Part shown: in pieces, positions 36,508 through 44,958 of the stretch
Layout of the letters: the number at the start of each line of letters is the position of its first letter
Position numbering within the stretch: the stretch's first letter is position 1
IMG/VR virus record: IMGVR_UViG_3300046171_000182
Span: 71,207-135,206 of that record
Direction: 5' to 3' (one strand)
Source: a virus
Length of the DNA stretch: 64,000 bases
Position numbers and translations under genes: made by a program
Notes under the pieces: model-generated
Seen by the model: only the letters and a program-made list of their open reading frames with translations
Told to the model about the DNA's origin: nothing
Databases searched by the model: none

Positions 36508-37446
36508 ATGTTCAAGAAGAAAAACATTATCTTAGCTATCGGGTGTTCTTTTACAGATCCGAACTTTAAGAGTGTGTTAAAGCATTTACCAGATAATAAA
36601 AGAGGCGGTTGGCCTATGTGGCCAGAGTTAATGCAAAGGAAAATAGAAAAAGAAACTGGCGAATCATATGAACTAATAAATTTAGCTAAATCAGGCGTTA
36701 GTAATGATTGGATATTTAATACATTTATAGATGCGTTAGCTAAATATGATACAAGAATAAAAATAGTATTAATTGGTGGAACTCAATGGATGAGAACACA
36801 TGTTGTAGCTTCAGGATCTAATTTTAATCCTCAAGTAAGTGGCGTCAATATCTTTAAGGATAAAGAATGGCGAAATAGCCAAATTTGGAACAAATTTTCG
36901 GAAAATTATGAAAAAGCTATGATACAAATGTGGTATCTTCATTCTAATGAGTTTGGTTTTAAAAATGTAATACATCACAATCTTAGAATTATGTGGACAT
37001 TAATGAATATATGCAAGGATAAAAAAATAAAATTTATTTGGAATCAGATTTTAGAGCCATTCCCTAGTCCACATTTTTGGCGAACAAGATTGTTGAAAGT
37101 GGGTCGTGATGAAGGCTGGGATATCAACGTAAACCTTCAAGCTTGGGAGGAATTAAAAAGCACTTTGAGGTGGAGTCTTAGTGATCAGTTTTTTTCAGAA
37201 ACTGTTTTAAAAAGCCCCTATGCTAAATTTCTCGTAAAACATAAAAAATACTTTTATGGCTTTTCGTGGTCTAACTCAAGCCCTTGGGATGCATGTGGCT
37301 TAGATAGTCATAAAGAAAAAGTAGTTTATCCTGAGACTAAGCCCAATAGAAAAGAAGAAGTAGATTTTCATCCGAATAAATTAGGACAAGAAGAAATCGC
37401 AGAAGAAATGTGGAAAGAATATGGAAATTATTTGGTTAAGAATTAA
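36508..37446 (+). CDS. SGNH-hydrolase-like protein
   Basis: GCSFT, NLA.SG.SN, DFHPN..G. Confidence 0.6.
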   Translation: MFKKKNIILAIGCSFTDPNFKSVLKHLPDNKRGGWPMWPELMQRKIEKETGESYELINLAKSGVSNDWIFNTFIDALAKYDTRIKIVLIGGTQWMRTHVVASGSNFNPQVSGVNIFKDKEWRNSQIWNKFSENYEKAMIQMWYLHSNEFGFKNVIHHNLRIMWTLMNICKDKKIKFIWNQILEPFPSPHFWRTRLLKVGRDEGWDINVNLQAWEELKSTLRWSLSDQFFSETVLKSPYAKFLVKHKKYFYGFSWSNSSPWDACGLDSHKEKVVYPETKPNRKEEVDFHPNKLGQEEIAEEMWKEYGNYLVKN

Positions 37447-37525
37447 AATATGGATTAAAAGTTTCTTTCATAAAGAAAGAAAAACCGATCATACATATGT
37501 GTATGAAGAAAAAGAAGACGAATGA
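37421..37525 (+). CDS. 34-aa small ORF
   Basis: MEIIWLRIKIWIKSFFHKERKTDHTYVYEEKEDE; ATGA overlap with radical SAM gene. Confidence 0.5.
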   Translation: MEIIWLRIKIWIKSFFHKERKTDHTYVYEEKEDE

Positions 37526-38334
37526 AATTTGCGGATCTTGTAAAATCAAATTCTAAAAAATGTAAAGTTTGGTTAGACTTATCAACTTATTGCAATGCCT
37601 CGTGTCCTCAATGCCATCGTACTAATAAAAATGGATTAGGTAAAGTCGAATGGTTACCACTTGTCAAATGGTCGCTAGAAGACTTTGTAAGGCAGTTTCC
37701 TCCAGGATCGATAGATGAAGTGTCTATGTTTGAGATATGTGGCACGTGGGGAGATCCTATAATGAGTAAAGACATCGGTAAGATTGCAAAGTACGTAATG
37801 GATAACTCAGAATCAGAAGTGCATATCAACACAAATGGCGGAATGAGAACTCCAGCTTGGTGGGAAGATCTGGGTAACTATTGTGGTGAAAGATTGACTG
37901 TATATTTTGATATAGATGGGATAAACAACGAGATGCATCAAAAGTATAGAAGAGGTGTAGACTTACAAACAGTATTAGATAACATGGAAGCATTATCATC
38001 TGCAGGTAGTATAGCAAAAGCCTTTACTATACTTTTTAAACATAATCAAAAGCATGTCAAAGATATTAGAGATATGTGTATGATGTATGGTGCAGAACAT
38101 GTTCACGTAATTAAGTCAGATAGATTTTTGACTAGTAATAAATTTGAATTTATAAATGAAGATGGAGAAGAAGATTTACTAGAAGCTATTACAAATTCAT
38201 CTTTAGATAAGATTATTCAAAATCCTTGGATTAACACTGCGTCACAAAATGCGCACAATAGACATAATTTAGATACAATAACTGATAATAAACTCACGGG
38301 CCAACAAGATGACAAAACTGCGTATGAAAGATAA
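37522..38334 (+). CDS. radical SAM protein
   Basis: CNASCPQC (CxxxCxxC), G..GDP, TNGG, IDG, F.HN. Confidence 0.85.
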   Translation: MKFADLVKSNSKKCKVWLDLSTYCNASCPQCHRTNKNGLGKVEWLPLVKWSLEDFVRQFPPGSIDEVSMFEICGTWGDPIMSKDIGKIAKYVMDNSESEVHINTNGGMRTPAWWEDLGNYCGERLTVYFDIDGINNEMHQKYRRGVDLQTVLDNMEALSSAGSIAKAFTILFKHNQKHVKDIRDMCMMYGAEHVHVIKSDRFLTSNKFEFINEDGEEDLLEAITNSSLDKIIQNPWINTASQNAHNRHNLDTITDNKLTGQQDDKTAYER

Positions 38335-38863
38335 AAAACCAAATATAATATGTCGCTGGCTTAACGATGAGAAAATATTAGTAAATCCAGATGGCCAAGT
38401 TTTACCTTGTTGTTATCTAGGCAATCCTGCATATCTATATGAGGCTACAAAACATACAGACAATCCAGGCGGTCGAGCCTTTGCTGAAAATCCCGTGTTA
38501 AAAAAATATGCAGACAACAAAGAACGATATAACTTAAACCATAAAACTTTAAAAGAAATTCTTACATCTGATTGGTTTAATAAAGATCTTCCAGAATCTT
38601 GGGAGTCTTATAAAACAATACCTCATATGTGTCAATTGTTTTGCGATAATGAAATATCTGATACTGTAGAACCTGGAGTTAATGCTGCATTTACGCCAGA
38701 AGATGTAGAAAGTAAAAGATTATCGGATAAACTGCATGAAAGAGATAAAGAGATTTTTGAGAAGGGTGTACGTCATGGATTTTGGAATGTAAAGACAAAA
38801 GAAGAAATAAAAGAAAAATATGAAAAGTACAAACATTTAGAGGATTGGAATGAAAAACTATAA
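38309..38863 (+). CDS. stand-alone SPASM/twitch-like Fe-S domain protein
   Basis: C...VNPDGQVLPCC...C...C. Confidence 0.75.
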   Translation: MTKLRMKDKKPNIICRWLNDEKILVNPDGQVLPCCYLGNPAYLYEATKHTDNPGGRAFAENPVLKKYADNKERYNLNHKTLKEILTSDWFNKDLPESWESYKTIPHMCQLFCDNEISDTVEPGVNAAFTPEDVESKRLSDKLHERDKEIFEKGVRHGFWNVKTKEEIKEKYEKYKHLEDWNEKL

Positions 38864-39488
38864 TGCAAGTGGCGCACTACATAGTACATGGACAAATTTT
38901 CTTTTAATCGATGCTTTAGAAGACGATGAAGCAGTGATATGCTGTGAAGACGTAAAGGTAGCAGAATTATATAAAGAAGTTTATTTGAATCATTTTGATG
39001 CCAAACAATGGTTTAAGAATGCAAAGCTAAAAGATGGAAAGCATCAACATGGTTGGAACACGGAAACCATGAATAAATACGTCTGGAATACAAGTCTCTA
39101 TATTGATAATCTAAAAACCGAAAAAAATACAAATGATACGTTAACGTATTCTATAGCTAAAAAAGATACTAAAGGTGCAAGTTTAGGTGCTTCTTATAAA
39201 GGTGTAGACAATGAAATGCATGATACGATGCAAGAGCTTTTATATAGTCAGCTTAACTTAGGCGATTCACGTAATTTTAAATCAGCCGAAGAACTAAATG
39301 ATAAATTTATAAAACTTTTAAATTGTAAAACTTTTATTGGTACGGAAACCTCATGGTCATTATTAGCAATGCGTTTAGAAATTCCATGTATGCATCTATG
39401 TCAGTTTTGGCCTCATCGCAGTTCAAAGCGTATTACAATAGATAACGCTCGAGTATACGTTGATCCTTATGTAGAAATAGTAAAATGA
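38850..39488 (+). CDS. GT-B (GT9-like) hypothetical protein, paralog of next gene
   Basis: LGDSRNFKSAEEL..K...L....FIG..TSWS.L. Confidence 0.45.
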   Translation: MKNYNASGALHSTWTNFLLIDALEDDEAVICCEDVKVAELYKEVYLNHFDAKQWFKNAKLKDGKHQHGWNTETMNKYVWNTSLYIDNLKTEKNTNDTLTYSIAKKDTKGASLGASYKGVDNEMHDTMQELLYSQLNLGDSRNFKSAEELNDKFIKLLNCKTFIGTETSWSLLAMRLEIPCMHLCQFWPHRSSKRITIDNARVYVDPYVEIVK

Positions 39489-40042
39489 TGGAGTTTGCGA
39501 CAAACCATGCTTTAGGTAAAACATGGAGACAATATCACTACATGAATCACGCATGGCGTACGGGCCATGAGGATGATATGATAATATATTGTTCGCATAT
39601 TGATCAAGCTAAAATTATGTGGGAAGCGTATAAATATTTCTTTGAGGTAAAAGGTGAACCGATTTTCCGAGAAGAAAATTTTGAACACGTTTTAGATTTA
39701 CAAGATTACTATAGAAATCCTACACGAGATGATCTTTTTGATTTATTTAAAACATATCTTAAACCACGGCCATATATAGGAAGTGCATTACCCATAGCTT
39801 ATTCTATTATTGATATGAAAAACAGTGATAAGGGAATCGATAGTAAATCAAAAAATAATATTTTTAAATTTTTAACAGGCACAGATTTAGGCGATACACG
39901 TAATTTTAAATCTGCAGATGAATTAATCTATAAAGTTACGCAGCTGGCATCAGCAGAAACATTTATAGGACCTAATTGCTCATGGTCTTTTTTGTGCCCT
40001 TATTTTGATACAACATGGATTGAACTGAAAAGAGGATTCTAA
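39485..40042 (+). CDS. GT-B (GT9-like) hypothetical protein, paralog of previous gene
   Basis: LGDTRNFKSADEL..K...L....FIG..CSWS.L. Confidence 0.45.
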   Translation: MMEFATNHALGKTWRQYHYMNHAWRTGHEDDMIIYCSHIDQAKIMWEAYKYFFEVKGEPIFREENFEHVLDLQDYYRNPTRDDLFDLFKTYLKPRPYIGSALPIAYSIIDMKNSDKGIDSKSKNNIFKFLTGTDLGDTRNFKSADELIYKVTQLASAETFIGPNCSWSFLCPYFDTTWIELKRGF

Positions 40043-40713
40043 TGAGTACGGCAATAGTAATACCAGCTAGAATGAAATCTACACGATTTCCTGGCAAAGC
40101 ATTAATCGATATGGATAGCCGACCTCTGATCCGTAGAGTATTTGATATATGTCAAACATTTGGTTATGACACATATGTTCTTACAGATAGTCAAGAGATA
40201 GCAGATGTCATTACAAAATTTAATGTGATATGGACAAGTCCTGATTGTACAGATGGAACTGACCGCTGTTTATCTGCAATAGGTGATGAACTGCATTATG
40301 ACAAATATATTAATGTGCAAGGAGATACTGCAGATCCTAATATAGAAGTAGTTAAGGCAATAGAAAAAGCACTAGACGATCATTACGTAATTCAGGCACA
40401 CAAGCCAATGACTGCAAGTGGTCAAGCAGATCCTACAGTTTGTAAAATGGTTCAAACGAATAACATTGTACATTGGTTTGTTCGCAGTGGATTAACATAT
40501 GGTGACTTTGCTTTAGGTTATCATGGTTATACACCAGAAGCAAAAAAGCGTTGGAATACATTTACCCATTATGAAGAAGAAAAGATAGAATCAATTGAAG
40601 CTATGAGATGGATTCAGAACAACGATATGCTTAAAACTGTTAGAGTAGAAGATGATGGAATAGAAATCAATGAACCTAAAGATTATGAGCTCTGGAAAAA
40701 AAATTATAAGTGA
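40042..40713 (+). CDS. kdsB: CMP-Kdo synthetase-like cytidylyltransferase
   Basis: IVIPARMKSTRFPGK.L, GTDR, NVQGD, E..E.IE.MR. Confidence 0.8.
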   Translation: MSTAIVIPARMKSTRFPGKALIDMDSRPLIRRVFDICQTFGYDTYVLTDSQEIADVITKFNVIWTSPDCTDGTDRCLSAIGDELHYDKYINVQGDTADPNIEVVKAIEKALDDHYVIQAHKPMTASGQADPTVCKMVQTNNIVHWFVRSGLTYGDFALGYHGYTPEAKKRWNTFTHYEEEKIESIEAMRWIQNNDMLKTVRVEDDGIEINEPKDYELWKKNYK

Positions 40714-40786
40714 TTGATTTTCAACAAAACTATTTTTGCAAAAAGCGAAATTAACTGTGTACAAACGATTCTGAATAGTGTAGGAT
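40707..40786 (+). promoter_or_regulatory. early promoter cassette with IHF site
   Basis: TAAGTGATTGATT (rc AATCAATCACTTA = WATCAANNNNTTR) at 40707; TGTACA 40758-N17-TAGGAT. Confidence 0.75.
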
Positions 40787-40811
40787 GGTTACATCAAATG
40801 AGGAGATAACC

Positions 40812-41141
40812 ATGCAAGTTACAGTTTATCATAAAGATTTCGATACAAGCAGCTTCACAAAAGTTGCCATTGTTAATGTTCCAAAAGAACATGCTAGCAT
40901 AAAGAAAGCTGCTCTTGAGTATGCTTATCGTTGGACTCAGAATATTGCTGATAGCTGGAGCCATCCTCAAGGCGTTACCGATAAGAACGAGAACGTTGAG
41001 ATTGTTGCCGATCTTCCTGTACATAATGGACGTACTATGGGTCTTCGTTCTTCTATGATGTTTGACCGTATGGATTTTGGCGGTGATGATGTATATGAAG
41101 TTGCAATGTGTGGCTTCGATAGAGTAAAGGAGGCAGCGTAA
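40812..41141 (+). CDS. early hypothetical protein
   Basis: GAGGAG RBS; AY.WTQN...SWS, RSSM..D, GF. Confidence 0.7.
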   Translation: MQVTVYHKDFDTSSFTKVAIVNVPKEHASIKKAALEYAYRWTQNIADSWSHPQGVTDKNENVEIVADLPVHNGRTMGLRSSMMFDRMDFGGDDVYEVAMCGFDRVKEAA

Positions 41142-41214
41142 TGGGTACGTTTATTGGATGTGCAGTGTTCTTCGTAGCACTAGTTCTGGTAACTGCTATC
41201 GTGGAACTCTTCGA

Positions 41215-41481
41215 ATGAAACAAGAAATTTTTACTTACAAAGGAATTGACTATGACGTCACATTTGACAAATCTGAAACAGTCCGCCATGGAGGTCCGTT
41301 CGATCGTGGATCGGCTGACAGTTATTACGGTCGTGGCCTTCGGCCTCATTATTATGTTAACGGCACTGGTACTTCTGAGCGTGTAGAGCAAGACAAAATG
41401 CTTGAAACTGAGATAGCAGAATACTATGCTGGTTTTGAATATAATGAAACTGTTAACCTAGATTGGAAAGATTGGGGATGA
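41215..41481 (+). CDS. conserved phage hypothetical protein
   Basis: RHGGPFDRGSADSYYGR...PHYY. Confidence 0.75.
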   Translation: MKQEIFTYKGIDYDVTFDKSETVRHGGPFDRGSADSYYGRGLRPHYYVNGTGTSERVEQDKMLETEIAEYYAGFEYNETVNLDWKDWG

Positions 41482-41624
41482 TAGAGGTTAACGGTAGAGT
41501 ATTTAAATGTGTTTTTGATGCTATTGAATATAGAGATATTCTTGACGCTCATTACATAGAAGTAGTCTGGAAATATCTCTCCTGCGACTTATAGATATAA
41601 CTATGTTTATAAAGAGTAGTAGAA

Positions 41625-41858
41625 ATGTTTACAAATGAAATTGAATGGGAAGAAACTATAACTACGGTTATGGATGATACTGCAAAGCATGAAGACGTAC
41701 AATTATTTATTGACGATAACGGAGTTTTTATTCGTCAATATAACGAGCGTATGAAATCATATGATTTAATAGAACTAACACATAAAATGCTTCATGAGTT
41801 AGTCGAAGCTATGAAGCATAAAGAAGGTGCTTACATTACTCGGTGGAAACGTGTGTAA
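41625..41858 (+). CDS. hypothetical protein
   Basis: MFTNEIE...IT.MDD...EDV...VFIRQ. Confidence 0.65.
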   Translation: MFTNEIEWEETITTVMDDTAKHEDVQLFIDDNGVFIRQYNERMKSYDLIELTHKMLHELVEAMKHKEGAYITRWKRV

Positions 41859-41896
41859 TATTTTTATCACACCTAAAAACTAAATATATTTAACTG

Positions 41897-41925
41897 TGTA
41901 CATTCGTGTATTTTCAGTGTAGTAT
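41897..41925 (+). promoter_or_regulatory. early promoter
   Basis: TTAACTG-TGTACA-N17-TAGTAT. Confidence 0.8.
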
Positions 41926-41950
41926 AGGATTATAACATGAGGAGAAATGT

Positions 41951-42220
41951 ATGACTAATCAAGAAAAAGCTGACCGTTTAGCAATTATTACTAAAATCGC
42001 TGAAAGACAAAAGCGTGAAAAAGCAACTGCGTTGCGGATGGCTAAACTCAAAGCTCGTTCTAAAACTTTTGCAAAAAGCGCGCCAAAGAAAAAGCGCGAC
42101 TTCATGGAAATACCAAAAGAGTCTAACATGTATCAGTGGACTGATGCTAGTAAGTATGCTAAAGAATACTATGGAGAAACCATGTATGAAACAACCAGAT
42201 ACGACAATGACTGGGATTAA
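41951..42220 (+). CDS. hypothetical protein
   Basis: GAGGAG RBS. Confidence 0.7.
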   Translation: MTNQEKADRLAIITKIAERQKREKATALRMAKLKARSKTFAKSAPKKKRDFMEIPKESNMYQWTDASKYAKEYYGETMYETTRYDNDWD

Positions 42221-42545
42221 TGGAATAGAAGTTGAGTTAATGCTGAATCCGTTAAAGGCTCAGCTTGACAAACTCGAGCAAACCACGACAAACATCAGTA
42301 TCAAGTTAGATTCCTTGATACATGTTACTCTTGCGTGGAATGAAAGTATAGACAATATTAATGAGCATTTACAAGAAAGCATGGGTGTAATTAAAGACCA
42401 TGTTGGTCTCATAGAAGACGATAATGTGCAAATTAATATTGAAGAGTTTATTTTAAAAAGTTCTTATGAAAAAGACGAAGTGGATGAAAAGGTGATACAC
42501 CTGAGTCCTGATTTATTTAATGGAGGCGAAAGCAGTGATAAGTGA
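42207..42545 (+). CDS. hypothetical coiled-coil protein
   Basis: fills the gap between flanking genes. Confidence 0.5.
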   Translation: MTGINGIEVELMLNPLKAQLDKLEQTTTNISIKLDSLIHVTLAWNESIDNINEHLQESMGVIKDHVGLIEDDNVQINIEEFILKSSYEKDEVDEKVIHLSPDLFNGGESSDK

Positions 42546-42801
42546 AATTGAAATGGAGATTACGGTGGACCGTAGTGAGATGATGCAAGAGTTACGTGAT
42601 CGTAACTGTAAAGTTATCTTTCGTAAAGTTGATGGTACTGAACGTACTATGATTTGTACTCTCAATGAGAGTGCGATTGATAATGGAGATACAGCAAAAC
42701 GTGAAGTCAAATCGCGTAACGATAATGTTCTTGCTGTATGGGATGTAGAAAATAAAGGATGGCGATCTTTCCGGATCGACTCTGTTATATCATTTACATA
42801 G
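42520..42801 (+). CDS. WYL_2/SH3-like T4-type protein
   Basis: V.FRKVDGTERTM.CTL...VWDVENKGWRSFR.DSV. Confidence 0.8.
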   Translation: MEAKAVISEIEMEITVDRSEMMQELRDRNCKVIFRKVDGTERTMICTLNESAIDNGDTAKREVKSRNDNVLAVWDVENKGWRSFRIDSVISFT

Positions 42802-42809
42802 TATAAATA
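42802..42809 (+). promoter_or_regulatory. late promoter
   Basis: TATAAATA. Confidence 0.6.
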
Positions 42810-42814
42810 GATAC

Positions 42815-43018
42815 ATGTATATCCCGCTAGAATACGTCTTTGCTGTCGTAACAGTTATTACGGCATATGCAACATACCGTCTCGGCATACGAGATGGCGA
42901 TGACTTTAGAGATGATATAGTCAACTCAACTATTGATTATCTTATTCAAGAAAATATGGTAAAATGGAAACGTCACAGTGACGGCGAGATAGAATTATTT
43001 CCTCTCGACGAAAAATAA
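42815..43018 (+). CDS. small membrane-anchored protein
   Basis: N-terminal TM; TIDYLI. Confidence 0.6.
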   Translation: MYIPLEYVFAVVTVITAYATYRLGIRDGDDFRDDIVNSTIDYLIQENMVKWKRHSDGEIELFPLDEK

Positions 43019-43021
43019 CTG

Positions 43022-43050
43022 TGTACATTTCTGTTTTTTCGTGTTAGAAT
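43022..43050 (+). promoter_or_regulatory. early promoter
   Basis: TAACTG-TGTACA-N17-TAGAAT. Confidence 0.8.
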
Positions 43051-43075
43051 AGTATTATATTATGAGGAGTATATT

Positions 43076-43558
43076 ATGGAACAAGTGAAAAAGATTCGTA
43101 AGAAACGTAAGCCAATGTCAGAAGAGCAGCGAGCAGCTGCAGCTGAACGACTTAAGGTAGCACGAGAAAAACGTATGAAAGCAAATCCGCCTACGTACAA
43201 GAATATACATCCTGCCGTATTAGCTGTACCAGAAGATCAGCCTATGTCTTTAAAGAGTGTACGACAGTGGATTAAAACACAAAAAGATTTGATGTCAGCC
43301 GAGCGTAAAGCTATGCGAGCTGACACAAATAATAAAACTGGTGCCTATAGTAGATTTAATAATCATCAATCATACATTAGAAATCTAGAACGCTATTTGC
43401 GTGATGGCGTATATGCTGATGATTTCTATGGTGAGTATGGAACATCAAAAATCAAATGGCATTGTATAGTTCCTGCCTATGATAAAGATGGTGAAATCAA
43501 ACGTACGCATGGCGTATTCTATGACGATATAGGTACAGTATGGAGCGACTATGATTGA
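43076..43558 (+). CDS. conserved T4-like hypothetical protein
   Basis: RKPMSEEQR.AA.ERL..AR, YL..G...D.FYGE. Confidence 0.75.
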   Translation: MEQVKKIRKKRKPMSEEQRAAAAERLKVAREKRMKANPPTYKNIHPAVLAVPEDQPMSLKSVRQWIKTQKDLMSAERKAMRADTNNKTGAYSRFNNHQSYIRNLERYLRDGVYADDFYGEYGTSKIKWHCIVPAYDKDGEIKRTHGVFYDDIGTVWSDYD

Positions 43559-43781
43559 ATCAAAATTCCTAACTAAATCTAAGTTCAGCGTTCTTATTGA
43601 GAATGCTGTGCTTAAAAAGAAAATGTCATACATGGATGCTGTTCTCGATGTCTGTGATACAAATGACATTGACCCTGAGGATGTAAAGAAATTTATATCC
43701 ACACCAATTCGAGACAAAATAGAAGCCGAAGCAATGAGGCTTAACTTTCTTCCGAAAGGAAACACACTACTTTTTGAATAG
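43551..43781 (+). CDS. 33: late transcription coactivator gp33
   Basis: FS..IE...YMDAV..C...ID.E...IS..I..KIE.EA..LNFL; position upstream of gp32. Confidence 0.85.
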   Translation: MIESKFLTKSKFSVLIENAVLKKKMSYMDAVLDVCDTNDIDPEDVKKFISTPIRDKIEAEAMRLNFLPKGNTLLFE

Positions 43782-43790
43782 GAGAATAAA

Positions 43791-43940
43791 ATGACTACGA
43801 CTCGTGACGAACGTATGGCAAAATCTGCAGCAGCCCGAATCAAACGTAGAGGACTGAAGCAAACCTTACTATCAAAGACCGACAGGTTTTTTACGAGAAT
43901 GAGAAAACTCCGAAGAAAGAAACAAAAGAGTGTACACTAA
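43791..43940 (+). CDS. small basic protein (49 aa)
   Basis: AGGAG RBS; MTTTRDERMAK... Confidence 0.6.
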   Translation: MTTTRDERMAKSAAARIKRRGLKQTLLSKTDRFFTRMRKLRRKKQKSVH

Positions 43941-43959
43941 CGCATGTATAGTGTATAAT
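43931..43959 (+). promoter_or_regulatory. early promoter of gp32
   Basis: TGTACA-N17-TATAAT followed by an unstructured A/T-rich leader. Confidence 0.8.
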
Positions 43960-43996
43960 AATACAGTAATATTTCAGCAAATACAAGGAAAAATAT

Positions 43997-44903
43997 ATGT
44001 CTTTTGCAAATCTAAAACGTAACAAAGATAACATCTCTAAACTCATTAAAGCAGCCGAAGCAACTGGCGGCGGCGGTGAAAAGAAATCTTATGCAGATGA
44101 TCGAATCTGGAAACCAACAGTCGATCAAGCTGGTAACGGTTACGCTATTCTACGATTCCTTCCTGCCCGTGAAGGAGCCGAACTACCTTGGGCAAGATAC
44201 TGGGACCACGGTTTTAAAGGACCAACAGGTCAATGGTATATCGAAAAATCCCTCACATCAATCGGTCAGAACGATCCAGTCGGTGAACTTGAATTCTAGA
44301 CTATGGAATACTGGTATCGAAGAAGACAAAGAGGCTGCACGTCGGCAGAAGCGTCGGTTGCATTATGTAACTAACGTCTATGTTGTATCTGATCCTGCTA
44401 ATCCTGAACGTGAAGGCAAAGTCTTCTTGTATCAGTTTGGCAAGAAAATCCATGACAAGATTATGGATATGATGCAACCAGAATTCGCAGACGAAGATGC
44501 AATTAATCCATTTGATATGTGGGAAGGTGCGGACTTTAAATTAAAGATCCGTAACGTTGAAGGCTATCGTAACTATGATAAGTCTGAGTTTGCAAAACAA
44601 AAACCTCTTTTAGATGGCGATGATGCGCAACTCGAAACGGTTTATGATCAGATGTATGATCTATCTGAATGGACAGATCCTGCAAATTATAAAACGTATG
44701 ATGAATTGAAGACTAAGCTATCTTCTATTCTAGGTGAAGTCGCTGGTATGGGTGCTGCTACTATGGCACAAACTATCCAGATGAATGAACCTGTTGAAGC
44801 TGCTGCTCCTCAACGAATCGAACCAGTCACAGCAGAGAATATCAAAGTCGAAGACGATGATGACACTCTAAGCTATTTTGCTAAATTAGCTGAGGCTGAC
44901 TAA
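43997..44903 (+). CDS. 32: single-stranded DNA-binding protein gp32 (1-nt insertion near 44290)
   Basis: DDRIWKP..D..GNGYA..RFLP, HGFKGP.G.WYIE, GKKI, FD.WEGA.FKLK, acidic C-tail DDTLSYFAKLA. Confidence 0.95.
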
Positions 44904-44907
44904 AAAT

Positions 44908-44937
44908 AAAGGCGGGTGTTTATTACCCGCCTTTTTT
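44908..44937. terminator. bidirectional Rho-independent terminator
   Basis: AAA-GGCGGGT-loop-ACCCGCC-TTTTTT between convergent genes. Confidence 0.85.
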
Positions 44938-44958
44938 AAAATCTTTTGACGCCAACAA

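Noticed and set aside
1757-43959. Repeated TTAACTGTGTACA as CRISPR repeats, att sites or CtrA boxes
   Set aside because: Copies are dispersed, always followed by a 17-nt spacer and a -10 box before genes; no regular spacers and no TTAA-N7-TTAAC geometry.
43997-44903. gp32 as a pseudogene or programmed frameshift
   Set aside because: gp32 is essential; removing one G near 44290 restores GELNSRLWN and there is no slippery heptamer, so a sequencing insertion is most likely.
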